DNA of 64,000 nt from an uncultured Candidatus Saccharibacteria bacterium (lineage in GTDB: Bacteria; Patescibacteriota; UBA1384; DTJR01), in contig CAZOJE010000001.1 in NCBI GenBank assembly GCA_964580065.1, forward strand, positions 87,717-151,716, in the 5' to 3' direction. The notes beneath the pieces were generated by a model. That model was not told the origin of the DNA and did no database searches. It was given only the letters and a program-made list of their open reading frames with translations. Both the position numbers and the translations under genes were made by a program. Positions 36,806-45,049 of this stretch are shown here, in pieces; positions within the stretch are counted from its first letter, which is position 1; the number at the start of each line of letters is the position of its first letter.

Positions 36806-38830
36806 ATGCCAGTTGAGTCAGGCCCGGGACCAAAATTTCTAGAACAAAAATACTATTTGCACAATAGCGACGAAGTTAAATCTGCGAAAAAACGGAGCGA
36901 AGTTCGAGATGGCGAGGAAATCAGACAAAATCCAGATGAGCTAATTCAAAATTATTTGGATCGCTTCAAAGAGATTACAGACCGAACCGATCCGGAAAAA
37001 CGCCAGCGAGGCATTGAAGCACTAAAAAAAGTTTTACATGATAAATTTATTGTCAAACCGGAAGAGATTCCAGAAAGCTACTGGGAATCGCAAAAACGAA
37101 TTATCCGCGAACGGGGCCAAGGCGCTGACTTGGAGCAAGCTGATTGGAATGAACTCAAAAGACAAAACACTGAAGCAATAATTGCAGATCAAAACTCATC
37201 ACTTGATAACTGGATTGATTATCTAACATCACCCGATGCAACCTATCCTGACTGGCTAAAATATTTTGCTTTTCGCAGCATTACAACAATGGGCGGCTTT
37301 GACAAAGAGCGATATGTTTTTTCCAAACGCTCGACTGGTACAACCAAGCCATTTCCAGATATCAATCGTGAGGCCTTGGCATATGTGCTTGATGCAGTTG
37401 AAAAAGGTCAAAGCCAGAAGTATTTTGATTCAAAAGAGAGTGTTCGACAGCTAAAGAATCAAATCAAAAAATTAAAAGGCGAACAAAGAAGCGGCGCAAC
37501 AATCCAAGAAGTGGAGATCTCAAATCTACAGGATAAAATATCTGAGGAGGAGAAGAGGCAAAAAGAGATTGTATTTGGCGCTTTGGCAGAAGAAAGCTCC
37601 GATGAGGAGCTATCGACGCTTCTTCGCGATCAAGATTTTGCCAAACTCTACGCTTGGGCAATTGAAAAAGTTACTCCGGCTTCAGTTGAACAAATCACAG
37701 TAACCGAAGGCAAGTGGGTTAAATACGACCAAGGATCCGACCATATGCCTTTAGTTCAGTCGCTACAGGGACATGGAACCGGCTGGTGCACCGCCGGAGA
37801 ATCGACAGCCAAAACCCAACTTCGCGGGGGAGACTTTTATGTGTACTACTCGCACGATCAACAAGGCCAGCCGACAATTCCGCGTGCCGCTATTCGAATG
37901 GAAGAAGGAAAAATCGCTGAAGTTCGCGGTATTGCTGCAGAACAAAACCTCGACCCATACATTGCTGATGTCGTCCAGGACAAATTACAGGAATTTCCCG
38001 ACGGCAAAGCTTATGAAAAGAAAAATTCTAATATGAAACAATTGACGGAAATCGAGAATAAAATGAGGTCCGGACAAGAACTTTCTAAAGCAGAGTTGGT
38101 TTTTCTTTATGAAATTGATCAACCGATCGAGGGTTTTGGTTATCAGCGCGATCCGAGAATCGAAGAACTTCGTAGCCAGAGAAATGCAACGGAAGACGCA
38201 CCAATAGTATTGGATTGCCAACCGGAAGAGATTGCTCGGAGTGCTGATCAAATACAAGAAAATACCAAATCCTACATTGGACCATTATTTCCGGGAATTT
38301 TTAAGCTACAAAATATTGAAAATATCTACACCTCATTTCCTGAAGGTAAAGTTCGGAAAAGCGAACTGGAGATTGGTGGCAAAACTAAGGTTGAATTAGT
38401 CGCGGAGTTAAAGGCTAGAGGTATAAAAATTTATGATTATGCTCAGGATATGTTAGATAGTCCAGAATTTGCGACTCAATCAAATCCTGAACAAATTGAT
38501 TTAGTCCGCCTAAAGGTTCGAGATTTTGGTTTCCCAAATGGCGCTACGACCGAACAAATTTATGCCAAAGCAGAAGAATTTGGACTTGAACTCTGTCCGG
38601 CGGAAGTCGGACCGCATCAAAGATTAAAAGATTTAGATCAACCGCTAGCTGCCTGGTACAGAATTGCTATGAAGCAAATTTCAGGCCGGAACGGCCTCCC
38701 TAGCGTCTTCGACTTGGGACACAATGACGTCCGCTTGTGGCTCAACTACAGTTGGGCGGTACCTGGCAACGAGTGTGACGCTGGCCTTGTGCTCATGTTC
38801 CGTCTTCGCAAGTTTCCTCAAGAATCTTGA
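36806..38830 (+). CDS. CPR-type protein with GTGWCTAG (PcfJ-like) domain and C-terminal DGR-target-like domain
   Basis: QGHGTGWCTAG..EVRG core; GLELCPAEVGP..IAMKQI..VFDL..LWL..W..FRLRK tail with an abrupt NNC/GC shift at 38684-38809. Confidence 0.7.
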   Translation: MPVESGPGPKFLEQKYYLHNSDEVKSAKKRSEVRDGEEIRQNPDELIQNYLDRFKEITDRTDPEKRQRGIEALKKVLHDKFIVKPEEIPESYWESQKRIIRERGQGADLEQADWNELKRQNTEAIIADQNSSLDNWIDYLTSPDATYPDWLKYFAFRSITTMGGFDKERYVFSKRSTGTTKPFPDINREALAYVLDAVEKGQSQKYFDSKESVRQLKNQIKKLKGEQRSGATIQEVEISNLQDKISEEEKRQKEIVFGALAEESSDEELSTLLRDQDFAKLYAWAIEKVTPASVEQITVTEGKWVKYDQGSDHMPLVQSLQGHGTGWCTAGESTAKTQLRGGDFYVYYSHDQQGQPTIPRAAIRMEEGKIAEVRGIAAEQNLDPYIADVVQDKLQEFPDGKAYEKKNSNMKQLTEIENKMRSGQELSKAELVFLYEIDQPIEGFGYQRDPRIEELRSQRNATEDAPIVLDCQPEEIARSADQIQENTKSYIGPLFPGIFKLQNIENIYTSFPEGKVRKSELEIGGKTKVELVAELKARGIKIYDYAQDMLDSPEFATQSNPEQIDLVRLKVRDFGFPNGATTEQIYAKAEEFGLELCPAEVGPHQRLKDLDQPLAAWYRIAMKQISGRNGLPSVFDLGHNDVRLWLNYSWAVPGNECDAGLVLMFRLRKFPQES

Positions 38831-38922
38831 CTTCTAATACACAGAAGAGCGTGAGCCGAACCAAATTGGCGGTTGGCTCGGCGAGCATTTCAACTTTCAA
38901 AAATTTTTCAAAAAGTATGAAT

Positions 38923-38998
38923 TGGTCGGGCCAGCGAGACTCGAACTCGCGACCTCCGGACCCCCAGCCCGGCGCACTACCAACTGTGCTATAGCCCG
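38923..38998 (-). tRNA. tRNA-Pro(GGG)
   Basis: cgggctatagcacagttggtagtgcg..ct GGG gg..gttcgagtc..cccgacca; cloverleaf with CCA. Confidence 0.95.
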
Positions 38999-39014
38999 TT
39001 TACGCATTAAACTA

Positions 39015-39152
39015 AGCGGCCTTGGTGCTGGGGGACTGTCCGTCTTGCGCTAAGTGGGTGAACGCACTCTTGAACCAAAGTTTAAGAAAATGTTGTTCTC
39101 CCAATAATATTTGTGTTCAGACAAATGCGCACCAGCAGATCAAGGCCACCCT
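39015..39152 (-). ncRNA. ssrS: Probable 6S RNA
   Basis: Closing stem ggccttg..tgctgg/ccagca..caaggcc; internal tgaac..attgggag, ggttcaag and cccac elements recalling 6S RNA. Confidence 0.55.
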
Positions 39153-39174
39153 TAATTTAGCACAATTTTTATTC

Positions 39175-39780
39175 TTATGAAATGAGACCGATGAGGAATT
39201 GGCTGATTTTGCCAACAAACGTGAGCAAAAAATTATTAGCCGTAGATGAAAAAATTAAAACGGCAATCAAAATAACCGGCCCAAATCTTTCAAGGGTGAA
39301 AGCGCTTTCGGCTGGTAAAATAAGATACCAGATTTTACTGCCGTCTAAAGGGGGAATAGGCAACAGATTAAAAACGCCCAAAGTTATGTTGATTTGAATT
39401 AAAAGATACAAAATTGTTCTTAAAATTGACGTATCAGGGAAGAACCTCATTACTAGGGCGGCTACAACAGCAAAAACAAAATTGGCTAACGGCCCAGCCA
39501 TCGAAGAAAGAAAATAATCCCTTGTGGGGTTTTTAAAATTGCGCGGGTCAATCATCACTGGTTTGGCCCAGCCAAAAACCGGCGCTCCAGTAATGGCTAA
39601 AACAAGGGGAACAATCACCGTGCCATACATATCAATGTGAGCGAGGGGGTTTAATGTCATGCGCCCTTCGACTTTGGCGGTAGCGTCGCCTAATTTATAA
39701 GAAGCCCAAGCGTGAGCCGCTTCATGAGCTGCCAAACAGATAAAAAATACTATTATTTGGATTAATAAGGCGATAATCAT
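39175..39780 (-). CDS. Site-2 protease (M50 family)
   Basis: HEAAH, AGPLAN, NLLPIPPLDG. Confidence 0.93.
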   Translation of the reverse strand: MIIALLIQIIVFFICLAAHEAAHAWASYKLGDATAKVEGRMTLNPLAHIDMYGTVIVPLVLAITGAPVFGWAKPVMIDPRNFKNPTRDYFLSSMAGPLANFVFAVVAALVMRFFPDTSILRTILYLLIQINITLGVFNLLPIPPLDGSKIWYLILPAESAFTLERFGPVILIAVLIFSSTANNFLLTFVGKISQFLIGLIS

Positions 39781-39834
39781 CTTGATTTATCTTATTTAAT
39801 TTGCTAATCTACTTTAGTAATTAACATTATAAAT

Positions 39835-40044
39835 ATGGCAAAAGTAGAACTTAAACACAAGTCGAGCAATTCCTGCGCAATTTGCGGCAAAGCAGATATG
39901 TCTATTTTGAATAGGCCCCACTCTTTGCACAAAACAAAAAGGATTGTTAAACCAAATTTCCAAAAAAGATGGGGAGTTGAGCTTTGTCAAAACTGTTTCA
40001 GGACAGTCAAAAAGCACAACATCGAGCTAACGGGTGATATTTAA
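39835..40044 (+). CDS. rpmB: 50S ribosomal protein L28
   Basis: CAICGK..HSLHKTKR..KPNFQK..LCQNCFRT. Confidence 0.8.
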   Translation: MAKVELKHKSSNSCAICGKADMSILNRPHSLHKTKRIVKPNFQKRWGVELCQNCFRTVKKHNIELTGDI

Positions 40045-40331
40045 GCGTCTTTTTTCGATTCAGAAACGAGTTTGCTATAACAATCGGCGCATAAGGCAAC
40101 GCGGTCTTTTGGCGGAGGGGCAAGCATGCCACCGTCTTTATCGCATACGCCGCAGTGAATATAGAACATACCATTTTCACGCAATTTGTTGGCTTTTTCG
40201 CGGCACCGATTACATTTTTGCGGTTTTTTAGCAAATCCTTTTTTCTTGTAATAGAGCTGTTCTCGAGCGGTCCAAACAAATTCCTGCTGGCAGGTTTTGC
40301 AGAAAATCTTAATGTCTTGTAGTGGTTCCAT
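40041..40331 (-). CDS. Zinc-ribbon protein (CxxC..FxWTAxEQ..CxxC plus CxxC-x17-CxxC)
   Basis: CKTC..FVWTAREQLYY..KG..PQKCNRCR; CGVC..CADC. Confidence 0.85.
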   Translation of the reverse strand: MEPLQDIKIFCKTCQQEFVWTAREQLYYKKKGFAKKPQKCNRCREKANKLRENGMFYIHCGVCDKDGGMLAPPPKDRVALCADCYSKLVSESKKDA

Positions 40332-40385
40332 TTTATTGATTAAATCTAAGAACAATTTTATTAGAGTTTGCACCGGAGGTCAAAT

Positions 40386-41066
40386 ATGGAGCTGTTTTTT
40401 GAAAAAGTTTTGGAAAAATTAACCGGCTCCCAACCTGTTTTAATTGCTGGCCCGTCTGGAAAGCGAGAGGGTATTGCTAAACTCGTTATAGAAGAGCTAA
40501 AAATTTCCCGATCTGATTTAGCAATTTTTTCTTCAGATCAACCGGTGGCGCAACTGCGCGAAATTATTGGCAATCTTTCAGTCAAGCCGCACAGCAGCCA
40601 ATATCGTCTGCTTATAATAAAAGATGCTGATAAAATTAATTCTCAATCAGCCAATACACTGCTAAAAAACCTCGAAGAACCACCTTTTTATCAAAGAACA
40701 ATCCTTTTTTGCAATTCATTTTCGGCGGTTTTAGCCACAATAAAATCGAGATGTAAAAAGCTTGTTTTGCCCGATAAACATCTTGCTAACGAAGGCGAAG
40801 ATTTAACAAGTTTTTTTGATTCTCCCAGTTTTATTGATTTTTCAAAATATATTGAGAAAAAAGAGGGGGCAGAGCTTGGCGAAATAGTGGCTAACACCCT
40901 TGAAGTTATGAGATTAAAAGGGTTAAATAAGACTGAAGAACATTTATATAAAGATTTAGCTTCAGCTTTTATAAAAATTTCAAGCTCAAACATCAATCCA
41001 AAAATAAAATTGGAAGAGGTGTACCTAAAGTTTTTACAAAAAAATGCCAGAAATAATTTACCCTAG
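40386..41066 (+). CDS. holB: DNA polymerase III delta-prime-like subunit (short form)
   Basis: IIKDADK..SANTLLKNLEEPP..TIKSRC; GGAGG before ATG 40386. Confidence 0.8.
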   Translation: MELFFEKVLEKLTGSQPVLIAGPSGKREGIAKLVIEELKISRSDLAIFSSDQPVAQLREIIGNLSVKPHSSQYRLLIIKDADKINSQSANTLLKNLEEPPFYQRTILFCNSFSAVLATIKSRCKKLVLPDKHLANEGEDLTSFFDSPSFIDFSKYIEKKEGAELGEIVANTLEVMRLKGLNKTEEHLYKDLASAFIKISSSNINPKIKLEEVYLKFLQKNARNNLP

Positions 41067-41664
41067 TTTAATCATTCTTTCACTTGTGACAATTTTTATC
41101 ATAATTTGGCGCAAAGCATATTATGTACAGTCAACCGGTCTTGATATTCAGCCGAAAACTCCAGCTATTGAAGAAGCAGCAATACCAACAGAAGAATTAG
41201 AGCCGCTCAAAGAAGAAGATTTTAGCGATTTTTGGAGCGGAGTTGAAATACAAGAGGAAAAAGAACCTATGCCAAGTCGGAAAATTGTAAAAAAAGTGAC
41301 AAAAGAAGCGGCGCCGGAAGAAATGACCAGAGCCGAAGAATTGTTTAAAAAAGGACAATATATTTCTGCTGAAAAATGGTACATCGAGGCGGCCAAAAAA
41401 ACGCCAAAAGAATCCAGGATATATTCGCGACTGGGTATAATTTATCTGGAACAAAAAAACTTTCCCGATGCAGAGGAGGCCCTTAAGGAGGCGATTCGAT
41501 TAGATGATTCTGTTTCTAGCCGTCTTTTTAATCTGTCATATACTCTTTGGTGTCAAAGTAAGTTTAAGGAATCGTTAATGTATGCCCGAAAAGCCACAAA
41601 AACTGATCCTCAAAACCAAAAATATAAATCTTGGTACGAAAAATTGCGTTCCGAAGGATTTTAA
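41044..41664 (+). CDS. Membrane-anchored TPR protein
   Basis: N-terminal TM, acidic linker, TPR-like YSRLGIIYLE..AEEAL..AIRLD. Confidence 0.8.
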   Translation: MPEIIYPSLIILSLVTIFIIIWRKAYYVQSTGLDIQPKTPAIEEAAIPTEELEPLKEEDFSDFWSGVEIQEEKEPMPSRKIVKKVTKEAAPEEMTRAEELFKKGQYISAEKWYIEAAKKTPKESRIYSRLGIIYLEQKNFPDAEEALKEAIRLDDSVSSRLFNLSYTLWCQSKFKESLMYARKATKTDPQNQKYKSWYEKLRSEGF

Positions 41665-41800
41665 TCTTCGTATTGAGTAAATCAATCTTTTCTGCTATCT
41701 TATATAGCAGTTTTGGCTGTAGTATTTGTGGCATGGCAGAATTTGGCAGACTTATCATAAAACGAAATTTATCTTATACTTACAGTAAAGTTTTAGTTGT

Positions 41801-41875
41801 GCCAACGTAGCTCAGCGGTAGAGCAGCTGTTTTGTAAACAGCAGGTCGTGGGTTCAAATCCCTCCGTTGGCTCCA
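41801..41875 (+). tRNA. tRNA-Thr(TGT)
   Basis: Anticodon arm gctgt-tt TGT aa-acagc; CCA end. Confidence 0.96.
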
Positions 41876-41882
41876 GAGAAAT

Positions 41883-41969
41883 GCCGGGTTGGCAGAGTGG
41901 TCAATTGCATCTGACTGTAAATCAGACGCCCTTGCGGCTACGGTGGTTCGAATCCATCACCCGGCACCA
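41883..41969 (+). tRNA. tRNA-Tyr(GTA)
   Basis: tctga-ct GTA aa-tcaga; long variable arm; CCA end. Confidence 0.96.
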
Positions 41970-41975
41970 GAAAGA

Positions 41976-42134
41976 TAGTTGGTTAGTGGTTAGTTTTTAG
42001 TGGTTAGGGGAGAAAAGAGTCAGTAGGTTAGTCGGTTAGCGGGTAGCAAATAGTAAGTTAGTAGGTTAGTGGGTAGCAAATAGTAGGTTAGTTGTTAGTG
42101 GTTAGGAAATACAGAAAAATTCAAAAACTAACCA
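41976..42134 (+). repeat. TAG-rich 7-8-nt periodic repeat with a 30-bp tandem duplication and closing inverted repeat
   Basis: Repeated (G)GTTAG units; 42034-42063 vs 42064-42093 match at 27 of 30; 41987-41998 is the reverse complement of 42123-42134. Confidence 0.85.
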
Positions 42135-42138
42135 AAGT

Positions 42139-42214
42139 GCCGAGATAGCTCAGTTGGTAGAGCACATCCATGGTAAGGATGGGGTCAGGGGTCCGAATCC
42201 CCTTCTCGGCTCCA
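42139..42214 (+). tRNA. tRNA-Thr(GGT)
   Basis: catcc-at GGT aa-ggatg; CCA end; T-loop reads TCCGAAT. Confidence 0.92.
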
Positions 42215-42270
42215 GACAAGTGAATGAGCCGTGAACCCCACGTGTTTATGGCCAAAATAAAAGGAGAATT

Positions 42271-42492
42271 ATGAAAAAATTTTTTACTTCATATGTTTTG
42301 TCGGTTCCGCTGCTACTAGCAGGATTAGTTTGTCTGATCCAAGCAAGTAATAGTTCCTTAACTGTTGCGGCCGACGAGATTAACAGTGGCTCAATGTCGA
42401 GCAGTCGATTGCTGATTGGCACGGGCGTGGTTTTATTTGTTTTGGGGTTTGTTTCAATTGTTTTTAGATTTATGTCAAAGGACAAGAGGTAA
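42271..42492 (+). CDS. Small two-TM hypothetical protein
   Basis: AAGGAG RBS; two hydrophobic segments. Confidence 0.65.
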   Translation: MKKFFTSYVLSVPLLLAGLVCLIQASNSSLTVAADEINSGSMSSSRLLIGTGVVLFVLGFVSIVFRFMSKDKR

Positions 42493-42494
42493 AA

Positions 42495-42662
42495 ATGGCA
42501 AAAAAAGGAACCAGACTAAATAATCTAGTTTTGGAGTGCACTGTTTGCGGCCGCCGAAACTATGTTTCGGCCAGATCCAATATTCAGCCAATCAAGAAGC
42601 TGGAGCTTAAAAAGCACTGTCTGAACTGTCGCAAGCATACAGCACACAAAGAGTCCAAGTAA
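42495..42662 (+). CDS. rpmG: 50S ribosomal protein L33 (not in the ORF track)
   Basis: MAKKGTR..LECTVCGRRNY..KLELKKHCLNCRKHTAHKESK; precedes tRNA-Trp. Confidence 0.93.
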   Translation: MAKKGTRLNNLVLECTVCGRRNYVSARSNIQPIKKLELKKHCLNCRKHTAHKESK

Positions 42663-42695
42663 TTTTGGGCTCTTTGTATTAAAATATAGATATGT

Positions 42696-42771
42696 AGGGG
42701 TGTAGCTCAGCTGGTAGAGCGACGGTCTCCAAAACCGCAGGTCGCGGGTTCGAATCCTGCCACCCCTGCCA
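42696..42771 (+). tRNA. tRNA-Trp(CCA)
   Basis: cggt-ct CCA aa-accg; CCA end. Confidence 0.96.
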
Positions 42772-42790
42772 TGAACCATGCATTGAGTAG

Positions 42791-42814
42791 GGGACTAAAA
42801 ATCGTCCCTTTTTT
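42791..42814 (+). terminator. Intrinsic terminator after tRNA-Trp
   Basis: gggac-N8-gtccc followed by T6. Confidence 0.65.
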
Positions 42815-42859
42815 GCATTTTGTTTGCTACCGTTCATACTTTATTTGTTATTTTAACTT

Positions 42860-43843
42860 TTAAACAAAGTTCAATAAGTAACCCATCAAAACAATTCCGA
42901 ATATCGTAATGCCGAAGAATATCGCCAATAGCTGCCATTTCATTACTTTTTTAAGCATCAGCGCTTCCGGAAGTGATAGGGTTACAGTTGCTGTCATAAA
43001 CGCCAGTGCCGTTCCAATTGGCACGCTCTTGCCAACTAATGCTTGAATAATAGGGATTACACTAACAGAATTGGCATAGAGCGGGGCTCCAATCAGGGTA
43101 GCGGCAGGAACGGTCCACCAAGCTTTCATGCCAAGATATTTTTCGATTAAGGATTGGGGGATAAATCCGTGAATGATTGCTCCGACAGCTACGCCAAGAA
43201 TTACATAAGGAAAAATCTTTTTAGTAATGCTAATGCCGTCATTCCACCAAAGCTTTAATCTTTGTGAAAAGGTTGGTTCTTGTCCTCCGTTATCAGAGGT
43301 AACTTGAGCTCTATTCTTAAACTGTAATAGTTCTGCATTTACATATTTATCTACTTTTAGTTTTTGAATTAACATACCGCCCAAGATGCTGACCACAATT
43401 CCCAACAGGTTGTAGAGGATTGTTGTTTTTATTCCAAACAGTGCCGGGAATAAGAAAAGCGACGATTCGTTCATGAGCGGAGAACTTATTAAAAAGGCAA
43501 AGGTTACCCCGAGAGGAATCCCCGCGCTAAGAAAACCAATAAAAAGCGGAATGGAGGAACAGGAGCAGAAGGGAGTTACTACGCCCAGCAGCACAGCAAA
43601 TAGATAGTCTAAACCGAACCAGCGTCTTTTCGTCAGGATGTCCCTCACTTTTTCCATTGGAAAATAATAGCGAGTTACGGCCATTAAATAATTAATAGCC
43701 AGTAGTAGCAAACCAATCTTTATCGAGTCATAAACAAAAAAGCTTACAGCATCGCCAAGATATGTGCCTTTTTCAATGTTTAGCCAGTTATAAGTTAAAA
43801 CATTTACAAACAACTCAATCGGCTTAAATACGTCCATAATCAC
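42860..43843 (-). CDS. ArsP/DUF318-family permease
   Basis: TPFCSCSSIP, FLISSP, SLPEAL; ArsR operon context. Confidence 0.9.
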   Translation of the reverse strand: MIMDVFKPIELFVNVLTYNWLNIEKGTYLGDAVSFFVYDSIKIGLLLLAINYLMAVTRYYFPMEKVRDILTKRRWFGLDYLFAVLLGVVTPFCSCSSIPLFIGFLSAGIPLGVTFAFLISSPLMNESSLFLFPALFGIKTTILYNLLGIVVSILGGMLIQKLKVDKYVNAELLQFKNRAQVTSDNGGQEPTFSQRLKLWWNDGISITKKIFPYVILGVAVGAIIHGFIPQSLIEKYLGMKAWWTVPAATLIGAPLYANSVSVIPIIQALVGKSVPIGTALAFMTATVTLSLPEALMLKKVMKWQLLAIFFGITIFGIVLMGYLLNFV

Positions 43844-43850
43844 CTTTCAA

Positions 43851-44153
43851 TTATTTGTTGTCGCAAGCACAACTAAAACCGTCTTTAGCTTCTTTTGGTA
43901 CCTTACTGATAACTGATTTCTTCCCTTCTAGTAGCTCTTTTATTTCGTTGATGCTCAATACTTTGCCGGCAGATACAACCTTATCCTCTATTATAATGGC
44001 AGGAAGAGACATAATCCCATAAGATGATATTTCTTGAAAATCCTCAATCTTTTCAACTTTTGTATCTAGACCAAGTGCTTTTGCCGCCTCCTCAACATTT
44101 TGCTTAAATTTCTTGCATCTTCCGCAACCAACGCCTAATACTTTAATAATCAT
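43851..44153 (-). CDS. Small redox-active disulfide (thioredoxin-like) protein
   Basis: IKVLGVGCGRC, YGIMSLPA. Confidence 0.9.
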   Translation of the reverse strand: MIIKVLGVGCGRCKKFKQNVEEAAKALGLDTKVEKIEDFQEISSYGIMSLPAIIIEDKVVSAGKVLSINEIKELLEGKKSVISKVPKEAKDGFSCACDNK

Positions 44154-44472
44154 TATTATTTCCTTTCTTTTGGCTTAATACCTTATTAAGGATTTCTTTA
44201 TATTTATTTAACTTATCCTCATTGATTGAGTAATAAACATTCAAACCCTCTTTTCTAGAAATTAAGAGGTCAAAATCTTTTAGTACTTTCAAATGGTGAG
44301 AAACGAGATTCTGGGGGAGTTCGAGAAAATGCCAAATTTCGCAAACACACTGTTCGCCAGATTGCAAAAAACAGATAATCTTTAATCGGTTTTCCTCCGA
44401 AATTATCCTTAAAAAATCAGCAAATAAAGATATGTTGATATTATCTTTTTTACAAATATTAATTTTGTTCAC
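44143..44472 (-). CDS. ArsR/SmtB family repressor
   Basis: RLKII..CVCEI..QNLVSHHLKVL..G..YYS. Confidence 0.92.
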   Translation of the reverse strand: MNKINICKKDNINISLFADFLRIISEENRLKIICFLQSGEQCVCEIWHFLELPQNLVSHHLKVLKDFDLLISRKEGLNVYYSINEDKLNKYKEILNKVLSQKKGNNNDY

Positions 44473-44478
44473 TTTTAA

Positions 44479-44507
44479 AGTATATCAACAGCGGTTGATA
44501 TTGTAAA
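44479..44507 (-). promoter_or_regulatory. Promoter with ArsR-type operator
   Basis: TTTACA-N17-TATACT; palindrome atatcaac-agcg-gttgatat (44482-44501) spans the spacer. Confidence 0.78.
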
Positions 44508-45049
44508 CAGTAAAATATTACGCAATAGATCCAGCAAGACAGAAATAACTAGCTTCAACTGTTGCATCCATTTAGAAAAATAAACGCTCTAAGGGCGGCC
44601 GAACCAAGACATAAATTGTAAAATATCCGGTAGCAGGGGCTAGGTGACGGTTCTCTTTTTGTTAAATAAAAAAATTAAAAAGGCCTAAAGCTATGGTTCA
44701 AAAAAACTGTCTCCTTTTTTTCCATTTCTATGCTATTTTGAAAAAAAAGAGCCCCGACGGCGAGTCTCGCAAAGCGAGACTACCATCGAGGCCCTAGGGG
44801 GCGAAATGGACAAGCACGACTTAGATACCGAAAAATCTTATTGAAATGTTCTTCGTTAAATAGTTAAAAACCTTACTAAAGTCTACCAAGCTACCAAGAT
44901 CGAAAAATAGGCAAAAATAAGGAACTAAAAATAGAAAAATAGCTCGCCCTTCTCTTTTTAAGTAATTTGCTTTTTTGTCGTAAAATGTCAAAATTTAATG
45001 GAGAATAATTTTAATTAATCTTTCTAAAACCAAGCAAGGAGGGTTTTTC

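Noticed and set aside
34700-38922. Intact integrative element at tRNA-Pro
   Set aside because: No integrase ORF, and only an 8-nt match (tcgggcca near 34992) to the tRNA 3' end, which is expected by chance
41976-42134. CRISPR array
   Set aside because: No constant repeat with unique spacers and no cas genes
41797-42779. ORFs 41797-42000 and 42525-42779
   Set aside because: Shadows of tRNA genes and rpmG
44570-44720. c-di-GMP riboswitch upstream of the adhesin genes
   Set aside because: Only fragments such as ggcctaaa are present; the GGCAAA/GAAA-tetraloop P2 stem is missing
44761-44770. 10-nt match to the tRNA-Pro T-arm (cgagtctcgc) as an att site
   Set aside because: Too short, on the wrong side of the tRNA, and explained by the local hairpin
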